64,000 bases of DNA from a virus (Duplodnaviria; Heunggongvirae; Uroviricota; Caudoviricetes): the IMG/VR virus record IMGVR_UViG_3300029906_000003, positions 1 through 64,000 of that record; one strand, given 5' to 3'. Positions 22,184-29,869 of this stretch are shown piece by piece; the stretch's first letter is position 1; each line of letters starts with the position of its first letter. A program made the translations under genes and the position numbers. Under the pieces are notes generated by a model. The model was not told the DNA's origin, ran no database searches, and was given only the letters and a program-made list of their open reading frames with translations.

Positions 22184-22216
22184 GCGGCCTCAGTCCTTTC
22201 TTTACAGTATTGAGTA

Positions 22217-22292
22217 TGGTCGGAACGGCGAGACTCGGACTCGCTGCATCCAGATCCCAAATCTGGCATTCTACCAGTTGAATTACGTCCCG
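22217..22292 (-). tRNA. tRNA-Pro(UGG)
   Basis: anticodon stem CCAGA/TCTGG, loop TTTGGGA, D-arm ATTC..GAAT, CCA. Confidence 0.85.
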
Positions 22293-22312
22293 TTTTAGAC
22301 GGCTCCTGCCGC

Positions 22313-22484
22313 ATTATCTTCGCTGTAGGAACCAAATATCTCTCTTCCTTTGTCTCTTGATATTATCTATTTCTTTAGATAAACTACTTATTTTATTTTC
22401 TATTCTTACAATATCTGAAATGATAATTGGAGGATTATTTATAGATTCTAATTCTACTATTTTATCATCTAATTGTTCATACAT
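22313..22484 (-). CDS. hypothetical small coiled-coil protein (56 aa)
   Basis: manual ORF MYEQLDDKIVELESINNPP... Confidence 0.3.
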
Positions 22485-22511
22485 AGTATCACCTGCTCTT
22501 TATCATTCATA

Positions 22512-22587
22512 TGGGCAGAAGGAAGAGAATTGAACTCTTACTATCAAATCCACAATTTGAGGTGCTAACCATTACACTACCAACTGC
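22512..22587 (-). tRNA. tRNA-His(GUG)
   Basis: extra G-1 opposite C73, anticodon stem TCAAA/TTTGA, loop TTGTGGA; two U-U mismatches in the acceptor stem. Confidence 0.7.
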
Positions 22588-22603
22588 ATATTATATTTTT
22601 TAG

Positions 22604-22679
22604 TGGTGCGCTCGGAGAGATTTGAACTCTCGACCAACGGATTAAAGGTCCGCGACTCTTCCAGCTGAGTTACGAGCGC
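22604..22679 (-). tRNA. tRNA-Lys(UUU)
   Basis: acceptor GCGCTCG/CGAGCGC, anticodon loop CCTTTAA (unusual C33), T-loop TTCAAAT, CCA. Confidence 0.75.
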
Positions 22680-22694
22680 ATAGAAAAGAGAAGA

Positions 22695-23231
22695 TTAGCT
22701 CTTCTCTGTTTGATTTAGAATAATTTTAAATATATCTTCCGCTGTTTTAATAGTCTTACTAGCTTTTTCTACTTCCTGAGCGGTTTTTGCTTTCATATCT
22801 TTAAGAAATTCTGCTTGAACCGCGCATTGTTTATCTCTTTCCTCTTGTTCTTTTTTGTCCTTGAAATATTTATCTACTTTGTCGTAGTCTATTGCGGTCT
22901 TTAATTTAATATATTCGTAATTTGGTTCTGAAGAACTCAGATATACACTTATATTAGTATATTGTTGTTTTTTCTTCTTTTCAAATTCTTCATATGACTT
23001 ATCTGAAATATAAATTAAATATTTATGGCCAGGAGTTCTTTTTAAAAGAAAATTTTTAGGATAAAGCTCATGGAATAGAATATATTGGTTTGCTGTTAAT
23101 TCTATACAAGATGCCGAACTAGGAGGACTCATAAATTCATGTATAGCGGATATTTTTGCTAATTTATCAACAATAAAAGCAGTAGCAAAAAACGTACAGA
23201 GAAAAATTAGAACAACTAACATTTTAACCAT
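22695..23231 (-). CDS. hypothetical membrane-anchored protein
   Basis: ORF track; N-terminal TM helix. Confidence 0.55.
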   Translation of the reverse strand: MVKMLVVLIFLCTFFATAFIVDKLAKISAIHEFMSPPSSASCIELTANQYILFHELYPKNFLLKRTPGHKYLIYISDKSYEEFEKKKKQQYTNISVYLSSSEPNYEYIKLKTAIDYDKVDKYFKDKKEQEERDKQCAVQAEFLKDMKAKTAQEVEKASKTIKTAEDIFKIILNQTEKS

Positions 23232-23248
23232 ATATTACCTTCCTTTTG

Positions 23249-23322
23249 TGGAGCACACGGTTGGAGTCGAACCAACTTTCACAGATTTGCAGCCTGCTAT
23301 CTAGCCGTCTGATTCCGTGCGC
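23249..23322 (-). tRNA. tRNA-Cys(GCA)
   Basis: anticodon stem GCAGG/TCTGT (two G-U pairs), loop CTGCAAA, T-loop TTCGACT, U73, CCA. Confidence 0.7.
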
Positions 23323-23617
23323 ATATAAATACTCCCCAATATTTTGTAGTCCGTATCAGACTATTATCCGAATTGTTCTCCTTGGGGAAGGCAAACTCCT
23401 TGAGATTTGCTCAAGTATAGCCAACTATTAATATAGTTGTCAAATAATAAAGCAGGTGTGCTATTACGCTAAAAAATATTATTTTTACCTATTGGCACTT
23501 CATTATTTTATAGGACATTATTTCATGTAGCCTATTATATAATTTTTTGCACCTAATAGAATAATATTTACTCATTATAGGATAGCTGCTTCTAAGCTTA
23601 CCTTCCTGCTTTGCATA

Positions 23618-23709
23618 TGGCGCCGGTTAGAAGATTCGAACTTCTGGAGGGGAATTTCCCCTCAAGGGTTTAGCAAACCCCTGCACTCGACCAACTATGC
23701 GAAACCGGC
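23618..23709 (-). tRNA. tRNA-Ser(GCU)
   Basis: type II: acceptor GCCGGTT/AACCGGC, anticodon loop TTGCTAA, long variable arm GAGGGG-AAATT-CCCCTC, G73, CCA. Confidence 0.85.
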
Positions 23710-23723
23710 AAAAAAAAACAAGA

Positions 23724-23799
23724 CAGTATGTATATACTAATGCGTTACCATTACGCTATATTCGCTATTAATGGCGCGAACATTCGGATTTGAACCGAA
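23724..23799 (-). other. permuted or fragmented tRNA-like element: a 3' half (T-arm, acceptor 3' strand, CCA) lies 6 nt upstream of a matching 5' half (acceptor, D-arm, hairpin)
   Basis: sense order TTCGG-TTCAAAT-CCGAA TGTTCGC G CCA ttaata GCGAATA TA GCGT-AATGGTA-ACGC ...; the two acceptor strands are complementary. Confidence 0.3.
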
Positions 23800-23869
23800 A
23801 ATACTTAGTTCCCTAAGAATTTTGCTGTTACTGTCTTTATTTATATAAAACTATCAAGATACCTTTTTA

Positions 23870-23938
23870 AAACTGGGACTCGAACCCAGACCCTTTTGAT
23901 TATCAGTCAAATGCTCTAACCAGTTGAGCTATTAAGCG
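23870..23938 (-). tRNA. tRNA-Ile(GAU)-like pseudogene (acceptor strands do not pair)
   Basis: D-arm GCTC-AACTGGTTA-GAGC, anticodon arm TTTGA-CTGATAA-TCAAA and T-arm CTGGG-TTCGAGT-CCCAG are good, but the 3' acceptor TTTTAAA does not pair with the 5' side. Confidence 0.3.
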
Positions 23939-24056
23939 CGAGGTGCGCTCAAAAGTGTTTGCTGTAAGTATCTTTAATTGCGGATGGGATTAACCAATAT
24001 ATTTCTGCAAAATTAGTTAAAACAGACTCACCACGTGAAGGTTTTTGCATGAGTCC

Positions 24057-24142
24057 CGGGCGGGGTGGGATTCGAACCCACGGAGGCGTGAACCTCAACG
24101 GTTTTCAAGACCGTCTCAATAATCCAGCTCTGACACCCGCCC
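24057..24142 (-). tRNA. tRNA-Ser(UGA)
   Basis: acceptor GGGCGGG/CCCGCCC, anticodon stem ACGGT/ACCGT, loop CTTGAAA, long variable arm, G73. Confidence 0.85.
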
Positions 24143-24150
24143 AAAATAAT

Positions 24151-24297
24151 GGGGAAATTCACCCCTTGGCCGCATTCATCTGCCGCTTAGCCTTACGAAC
24201 AAGATTCTTATTACTTACCTGCTTTTTACCATTACTTACTGTATCACGATAGTTCAAACGGTTAATACGATTCTGAAAATGTTCAACAGTCTTATTC
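24151..24297 (-). CDS. small basic (Lys/Arg-rich) protein (48 aa)
   Basis: manual ORF MNKTVEHFQNRINRLNYRD...; RBS GGAGGG. Confidence 0.3.
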
Positions 24298-24305
24298 ATA
24301 TTATT

Positions 24306-24524
24306 TTAGCCCTCCAACATTGTCCAAAGAGTTACTTTATAACCAAATTGTGAATCTTCAATTAAAGGAACAATAGCAACAATATCTTTGCTTGCCAAAT
24401 TATTTGCCTTATAAAAAGTGATAAAACTTTCAATAACATTTTTCATAGCCGCCTTTTTGCTTGGATGCGGCCCATCCTCAAAAGTTCTAATTCTCATTTT
24501 CTGTAATAATGTTTTTCCCACCAC
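24306..24524 (-). CDS. hypothetical small protein
   Basis: ORF track. Confidence 0.45.
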   Translation of the reverse strand: MVGKTLLQKMRIRTFEDGPHPSKKAAMKNVIESFITFYKANNLASKDIVAIVPLIEDSQFGYKVTLWTMLEG

Positions 24525-24607
24525 TTCAAATAATCTTTAAGGGTTCCCTGGTTCTTCAAATGCGGCGATGGCGTTCCAAAAATTTTTAATTGCATTCCGA
24601 CGACACC

Positions 24608-24970
24608 TTACTTCCGATACTGAGGGCCGCGCTTATAATAAAAATTAACGAAGTCCTCAAGACTATTAATTTCAGGATGCTTCCACATAAAATATGGAGT
24701 AATTCCAGTTGCTTCATACTCTCTCATTTCGTGATAGTATGAAGCAATAACATCTTTCAAAGGCCAATAACAAATATAATCCGCAATATCCCAAGATTCA
24801 AAATTCTTTCGATAATATTTTTTTGCTCTTGGATTAGATGATTCATCCATTTGCCGCAGGAGGTCTTGCTTCATCTTTCTACGATACTTTCGATTAGCAA
24901 TTTGCTTAATCTGTTTCTTTTTCCTATTGCCATCTTTTGAAACAGGAAATTTCTTATAGCTACGACTCAT
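24608..24970 (-). CDS. hypothetical basic protein
   Basis: ORF track. Confidence 0.5.
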   Translation of the reverse strand: MSRSYKKFPVSKDGNRKKKQIKQIANRKYRRKMKQDLLRQMDESSNPRAKKYYRKNFESWDIADYICYWPLKDVIASYYHEMREYEATGITPYFMWKHPEINSLEDFVNFYYKRGPQYRK

Positions 24971-25090
24971 TAAGCAATCCTCCTACTCTTTTAACAAGAC
25001 AGTTTTTAATAATCACTTATATGATTCAAATTCATATGTTTATATTATAAAAACATTTGCTGTAACTGTCTTTCTTTTGTTTATATGCTT

Positions 25091-25119
25091 ATTATATCAT
25101 TTTTATAAAAATCTGTCAA
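25091..25119 (-). promoter_or_regulatory. sigma-A consensus promoter (TTGACA-17-TGaTATAAT), leftward
   Basis: revcomp reads ttgttgTTGACAgatttttataaaaaTGaTATAATaag; it is followed in the transcript by the conserved leader AAGACAGTTACAGCAAA. Confidence 0.6.
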
Positions 25120-25199
25120 CAACAGATTTCTTAATCTAAAATAAGTAGCAGTTTTACATCATGCTCAGGATGCGTCTTGAGGTAGCGAAATCTCTTGAC

Positions 25200-25286
25200 T
25201 GGTGGGCAGGGAACGGATTTGAACCTTTGAAGGACTAAGCCACCAGAACTACAATCTGGCCTCGTTGACCACTTGAGTACCTACCC
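25200..25286 (-). tRNA. tRNA-Tyr(GUA)
   Basis: type II; anticodon stem CCAGA/TCTGG, loop TTGTAGT, 3-bp D-stem, A73; T-stem has one mismatch and an extra C. Confidence 0.65.
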
Positions 25287-25294
25287 ATAATTAA

Positions 25295-25372
25295 TGGTAC
25301 TGTTGGAGAGACTTGAACTCTCAATTGTACAAGGTTTGAACTTGTTGCGTATGCCAATTCCGCCACAACAGC
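25295..25372 (-). tRNA. tRNA-Leu(CAA), atypically short variable arm
   Basis: anticodon stem ACAAG/CTTGT, loop TTCAAAC, T-arm GAGAG-TTCAAGT-CTCTC, A73, CCA. Confidence 0.6.
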
Positions 25373-25439
25373 ATATAAATTAGCCTTTTAAAGTCATGCT
25401 TAGGACTCATTGAAATGATGTAGTTAATTAGACTGCTAA

Positions 25440-25529
25440 TGGTGCGGGAAGAGAGATTTGAACTCTCATTCCTACTTTGTTCGGAGTCAACTTCTAAGGC
25501 TGATGTGGCTGCCGTTTCACCATTCCCGC
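25440..25529 (-). tRNA. tRNA-Leu(UAG)
   Basis: type II; anticodon stem TCAGC/GTTGA, loop CTTAGAA, T-arm GAGAG-TTCAAAT-CTCTC, A73. Confidence 0.8.
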
Positions 25530-25584
25530 ATATGAGAGCCTTTTATAGTCGTACTCAGGACTAATTTTTGGAGGTTCATCATGG

Positions 25585-25899
25585 TGGTGCTGCTGACGAG
25601 ATTTGAACTCGTAAGCTATTTCTAGCAACGGATTTTCTTACTACTTCATGTCGCCATGACCGCATTTGCGTTGTAGTCTGGAGTATACCTTGACCATATT
25701 ACTATTGTAACTTAGGTCCGCGCCGTCTACTCTCTCCACATTCCATTTTTCAATGTTAGCTCGGCGATAGTCTTAACCGATATTAATTAAGATTTCCCCC
25801 GAATTTGACGCGATTCACTCTAGTCATTTCTTCCTAGGTGCTCAAGCCTTCTTTTGTTAAGGCCAAGTCCGTAGTGTTTGCCAATTTCACCACAGCAGC
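25585..25899 (-). tRNA. tRNA-Leu(UAA) interrupted by a 229-nt putative group I intron in the anticodon loop. Exons are 25866-25899 and 25585-25636; the intron is about 25637-25865.
   Basis: 5' exon: GCTGCTG TG GTG-AAATTGGCAAA-CAC T ACGGA CTT. 3' exon: AAAA TCCGT T-GCTA-GAAA-TAGC-TT ACGAG-TTCAAAT-CTCGT CAGCAGC A CCA. Both acceptor strands and both anticodon-stem strands are complementary. The intron follows U34 and ends in G, as in cyanobacterial tRNA-Leu(UAA) introns. Confidence 0.55.
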
Positions 25900-26613
25900 A
25901 TATAGAAATTGAATACCTCACTTTTAACCACTCGCTAGACCTTCGTCTTACTCTCATCTATTCTCTGTTATATTCAGTCACGAGGCAATGAAGTCTGAGC
26001 TTCGGGTAGCGACCCCTAACTTCTTCACTGGCGGACCTAAATCCGCATTCTCTCTAGCCGCTTGATTACGACTAACTTTCACTCGTCATTCAGACCAATG
26101 TGTATAATACATATTCATCCAACGTCCAGATTTTGAGCTACTTGTACTGAACTCTCCCCTTATAGACAGATTTCTCTGCTTCAACTGGACATTATTTGCT
26201 TACTAGGATTACCTAGAGTTTGCTTAGTTTCCTAGGCTAAACCTTATCTAGGCTTATTCTCGTACTTGCGAGCGTCTATTGCGCAAACGGGGAGTCAAGT
26301 TCATACCTTTAACTAGGGAATAAATTACTAGCACCATAAACTCGCGGAAGTGGCCTTTGGCCGCTCATACTCTCACATCACTGAAAGAGTCATTTGGCTG
26401 TTACAAGGGTATCCTCTTGTCCAGTCCTACCCGCATATTTAAAGCTCATGTCTAGGCCAGATGACCTTCTGTCTTCACCTAGATAGCTAGTGGCTAAAAG
26501 TAAGGTATTCAATTCTCAAAGTTCTATTTATTTATCAAGACAGTATTTAAATCAGACTATCAATCTAACATTATCCAAGCTAAAATTTGCTGTAACTGTC
26601 TTTTGATGTATTT

Positions 26614-26642
26614 ATTATAACAAATTTTTATTTATTTGTCAA
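26614..26642 (-). promoter_or_regulatory. sigma-A consensus promoter (TTGACA-17-TATAAT), leftward, with the conserved leader motif
   Basis: revcomp reads TTGACAaataaataaaaatttgtTATAAT, then ..AGACAGTTACAGCAAATTTT. Confidence 0.6.
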
Positions 26643-26658
26643 TAAGGAATTTTATCTA

Positions 26659-27211
26659 TTAAACTTTGTTAAAGATAAAAACAACTTCCTTAGTGACCTC
26701 TTCCTCGTCAACAGTGTCAGTCAGATTGAGGACAATAGCAACACTAGACCAAGTCTCAGGCTCCTTAAAATAGACAGAACCTTCAAGAGAATAATCAGAA
26801 ATGTTTACGCCGTCTTCATCATGCGGATTCAGATTCACCTCAAGCAGATTATCGTCGCCAGTGTTCACAGGAGTCTCAGGAACATAACTGCCATCAAAAT
26901 AAGCGCGAACCATCAAATTCAAATGACCGTCATCAGGTTCCGCACTATTGATTTCAACGACCTTATCCAAATGATTCACCATTGTAAAATCTACCTGAAT
27001 ATAGCCGTCATGAGTAACGCCATACCCTACAGAATTTACAACGAATGCCTTGTCATCAAAAATCAAACTCTTAGTCTGCGGCTGGGAAGTAATGCCTTCA
27101 TCCTTATCTGCGGCAGGAGTCTGAGCTCAAGCCGTCATCATACTAGTTGCGGCCATGACACCAATAGCAGAAAGAAATGCCCGACGAGAAATCTTATTAA
27201 AATTCTTCATT
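26659..27211 (-). CDS. secreted (Tat-signal) hypothetical protein with an in-frame TGA between the signal peptide and the mature domain
   Basis: MKNFNKISRRAFLSAIGVMAATSMMTA[TGA]AQTPAADKDEG.. runs in frame into track ORF 26659-27066 (which starts at TTG); the twin-arginine motif SRRAFL is present. Confidence 0.35.
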
Positions 27212-27262
27212 AATTTTACCTCACTTTATGTTTTTGTTTTTTAATTTATTTATATTTTTTAC

Positions 27263-27338
27263 TGGAAGCGGCCATGGGGATTGAACCCATATCTCGAACT
27301 TGAGAGGCTCGTATCTTTGCCGATTGGACGAGGCCGCC
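27263..27338 (-). tRNA. tRNA-like, possible Glu(CUC); D-arm poorly formed
   Basis: acceptor GGCGGCC/GGCCGCT, T-arm ATGGG-TTCAATC-CCCAT, CCA; best anticodon stem CGAGC/GTTCG with loop CTCTCAA. Confidence 0.35.
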
Positions 27339-27493
27339 ATAAAAACAAGACGGAGTATAAAATGGAGCTATTTAAAGTAGCAATTTTTATTAGAATATTT
27401 GCTGTATCCGTCTTTAAGCTAATCCTTTTATATGGAGGACTAAAACCATACATCGTTATAGAAAGGAATTAAATATAATGGAACTTACTCCGG

Positions 27494-27569
27494 TGGTTGC
27501 GATGGAAGGATTTAAACCTTCGAATGGAGGAGTCAAAGTCCTCTGCCTTCATCACTTGGCTACACCGCA
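27494..27569 (-). tRNA. tRNA-Gln(UUG)
   Basis: U1:A72, anticodon stem GAGGA/TCCTC, loop CTTTGAC, T-arm GAAGG-TTTAAAT-CCTTC, CCA. Confidence 0.85.
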
Positions 27570-27608
27570 TTATAACTTAGCCTTTTTACATGGAAGGCTA
27601 AAACCGCA

Positions 27609-27684
27609 TGGGTGCGGATACGAGAATCGAACTCGTCCTATACTGCTTATGAGACAGTTCAGTACTCCAGCACTGTCATCCGCG
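27609..27684 (-). tRNA. tRNA-Met(CAU); the C1-A72 mismatch suggests an initiator type
   Basis: anticodon stem ACTGT/GCAGT, loop CTCATAA, T-loop TTCGATT, CCA. Confidence 0.75.
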
Positions 27685-27823
27685 ATATAAAAGCAAGCTT
27701 ATTTTACTACTGGCCTTGCTAACCAGGTGTCTGTTCAGTTCCTCCGAGTTCGTCATTCTTATATTATAGTCCCTTTGAACTCGCCAACTACGTTTTCCCT
27801 CGAAAGGCACAACTAAGGACTGA

Positions 27824-27916
27824 TGGAAGCGTAGAGGAGGCTCGAACTCCCAAACAGTATCACTACTGAGCTCCACTGTGAAAGAGTGGGGACTCTACCA
27901 ATTTGTCTACTACGCC
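27824..27916 (-). tRNA. tRNA-Glu(UUC)-like with an unusual 21-nt variable arm
   Basis: acceptor GGCGTAG/CTACGCT, D-stem GAC/GTC, anticodon stem CCACT/AGTGG, loop CTTTCAC, extra arm CAGT-AGTGAT-ACTG, T-arm GGGAG-TTCGAGC-CTCCT, CCA. Confidence 0.45.
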
Positions 27917-28036
27917 ATATTAAAGAGAAAAGATTTAAAAGTATTACTTTTCTCTTGTTTGTATATCTATTATACCATTTTTTATCTATTTTGTCAATAA
28001 GTAATTTCTTAAATCAAATTTTTCTTTTCTTTCTCT

Positions 28037-28177
28037 CTATGCGTTTTTATACGCTTCTAGCTCTTTCAAAAGTTTACATCCATTACAAGACTTCCTACGT
28101 TCGCAAAACCAACAGTTATCGGTATCCAGAGTAAACCATCGCGGAGGCTCTGGCCGCATCTTTCGTTTCTTTTTCAT
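28037..28177 (-). CDS. small Cys-rich (CxxC..CxxC) protein
   Basis: manual ORF MKKKRKMRPEPPRWFTLDTDNCWFCERRKSCNGCKLLKELEAYKNA, ends at a TAG (possible read-through). Confidence 0.3.
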   Translation of the reverse strand: MKKKRKMRPEPPRWFTLDTDNCWFCERRKSCNGCKLLKELEAYKNA

Positions 28178-28215
28178 AGATGTACTCCTTTTTCTATTGT
28201 TATTTTATTGCTGAC

Positions 28216-28291
28216 TGGTGCGGAATGAGGGATTTGAACCCACTACTTTTTGGATGTAAGCCAAATACTCTACCAACTGAGTTAATCCCGC
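28216..28291 (-). tRNA. tRNA-Val(UAC)
   Basis: acceptor GCGGGAT/ATTCCGC, anticodon stem TTTGG/CCAAA, loop CTTACAT, CCA. Confidence 0.85.
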
Positions 28292-28297
28292 ATTTTT

Positions 28298-28373
28298 TGG
28301 TGAGGTATCTTCGAGTTGAACGAAGATTGATAGATTTTCAGTCTACTGCCTTGACCACCTAGGCTAATACCCC
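28298..28373 (-). tRNA. tRNA-Phe(GAA)
   Basis: anticodon stem GTAGA/TCTAT, loop CTGAAAA, D-arm GCCT..AGGC, CCA. Confidence 0.85.
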
Positions 28374-28374
28374 A

Positions 28375-28450
28375 TGGCATAGTCGGAGAGAATCGAACTC
28401 CCAACATATAGTTTTGGAGACTATTGTTCTACCAGTTGAACTACGACTAC
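28375..28450 (-). tRNA. tRNA-Trp(CCA)
   Basis: anticodon stem ATAGT/ACTAT, loop CTCCAAA, T-loop TTCGATT, CCA. Confidence 0.8.
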
Positions 28451-28455
28451 ATAAT

Positions 28456-28530
28456 TGGCGGGTACACAGAGAATCGAACTCTGATTTTCAACTGGACAGG
28501 TTGAACTTCTAGCCATTGAACTATGCACCC
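28456..28530 (-). tRNA. tRNA-Asp(GUC)
   Basis: anticodon stem TCAAC/GTTGA, loop CTGTCCA, T-arm CAGAG-TTCGATT-CTCTG, CCA. Confidence 0.8.
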
Positions 28531-28534
28531 ATAA

Positions 28535-28611
28535 TGGAGGGGTATTTCAGATTTGAACTGAAGACACGAAGCTTAACAGGCTTCTGCTCTAACCTACTGA
28601 GCTAATACCCC
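28535..28611 (-). tRNA. tRNA-Asn(GUU)
   Basis: acceptor GGGGTAT/ATACCCC, anticodon stem GAAGC/GCTTC, loop CTGTTAA, CCA. Confidence 0.85.
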
Positions 28612-28757
28612 ATATATGGCGGGACAAGATGCGCCCTGCCGCAAGACAGTTTTATATTTCTTGCCTATCAAATATATATAAAAGAAATTTGCTGTATCTG
28701 TCTTATGTATTTATTATACCATTTTTTTATTTTTTTATCAATAAGGATTTTTTTTTA

Positions 28758-29585
28758 TTAAGCTATATAATCCTTTAAAACAGAAGCCCTGATTGGATTC
28801 CTCATCTTCTTGAGGGCGCACTTTTCTACTTGCCGCACTCGTTCTTTAGAAAGACCAATCTTTCTTGCAATTTCATCAAGAGTAAGAGGTTTAATATAAC
28901 CAATACCGAACCGCATCTTTAATATATCAGATTCTTTATCAGGAAGAGTACTCAATACTTTATTTATCTTCTAACACATTTCTTTTTCTTCATACTTCTC
29001 TTGAATTTCTGATTCTTTATCTTCAATAAAATCACCAAAAGAGTCTTCATTATCTTCCGAGATGGGAGAATCAAGAGAAATCATATCATTCATATAACTC
29101 TTAATTTTTTTCAGCTCTTCAAAAGTAATGCCCATTTCCGCGGCAACCTCTTCATCAGAGAACGAGTTATATTTTTGCATCATTCCCGTCGTAATCTTTT
29201 TATACTTATTAATTTTCTCAACAATATGACTAGGAACTCTGATATTTTCAGATTGCTGACTTAATGCTCGCGAAATTGCAGACTTAATCCAATAATAAGC
29301 ATATGTACTAAAACGATAACTACTGGACAAATCATATTTGTCAATAGCTGTCATTAAGCCAATATTACCTTCTTGGACCAAATCCAAAAAAGATAAACTT
29401 GCATTTTGCGAATAATATTTCTTAGCAATAAAAACAACAAGTCTAAGATTAGCCTCAATCAATTCTTCTCGTGCAGTCTTATTTCCTGACTGTGCTTTTT
29501 CAAGAAGAATCCTTTCGGTTTCCGTATCTAATATATTATCAGATAACTCATTTAAATAGATAGAACTAATATCAATATCTGCCAT
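28758..29585 (-). CDS. sigma-70 family sigma factor (regions 2-4, group 3/SigF-G-like) with 1 in-frame TAG between regions 3 and 4
   Basis: Track ORFs 28971-29585 (DLVQEGNIGLMTAIDKYD, region 2) and 28758-28955 (LTLDEIARKIGLSKERVRQVEKCALKKMR, region 4.2 HTH) share one frame and are separated by a single TAG: ..KEMC[TAG]KINKVLSTLPDKESD.. Confidence 0.75.
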
Positions 29586-29646
29586 TTATCTACATTCTCC
29601 TTTTTGTGTCAATAATTATAACATAAAAAAGAAAAAATGTCAATGG

Positions 29647-29865
29647 TTACTTTTTTGTTTTAGTATCCGCACGGTAACACAGCATAGAAACTGTCCAACA
29701 CTCATTTCCACATTCAGGACAACTAGCTGTATAATACGGAGGATTCAAGTCGTCCGCGGGGTGAAGGCACGTTTCTGTCGCCCTTTCAGCTTCAAAGACG
29801 CACCCACACAAATTACAATGGAAACGAATATTATTATAGTGATAACCATGTTCAAGGACTCTCAT
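29647..29865 (-). CDS. zinc-ribbon protein
   Basis: two CxxC pairs (CNLCGC, CPECGNEC). Confidence 0.45.
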   Translation of the reverse strand: MRVLEHGYHYNNIRFHCNLCGCVFEAERATETCLHPADDLNPPYYTASCPECGNECWTVSMLCYRADTKTKK

Positions 29866-29869
29866 TATT

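Noticed and set aside
24049-24252. 67-aa + ORF
   Set aside because: Overlaps tRNA-Ser(UGA) on the opposite strand and has no RBS.
25585-25899. Possible tmRNA (tRNA-like ends about 315 nt apart)
   Set aside because: No tag-peptide ORF ending in ..AA-stop and no tmRNA pseudoknot signature. Both tRNA halves complete a canonical type II tRNA-Leu, so an intron-containing tRNA explains it better.
27700-27790. T-loop-like GTTCAAA and CCA-ending segments suggesting another tRNA
   Set aside because: No acceptor, D or anticodon stems could be paired on either strand.
27886-28134. 82-aa + ORF
   Set aside because: Lies in the promoter and leader region of the leftward tRNA operon (contains TTGTCAATAAG) and has hydrophobic low-complexity; probably spurious.
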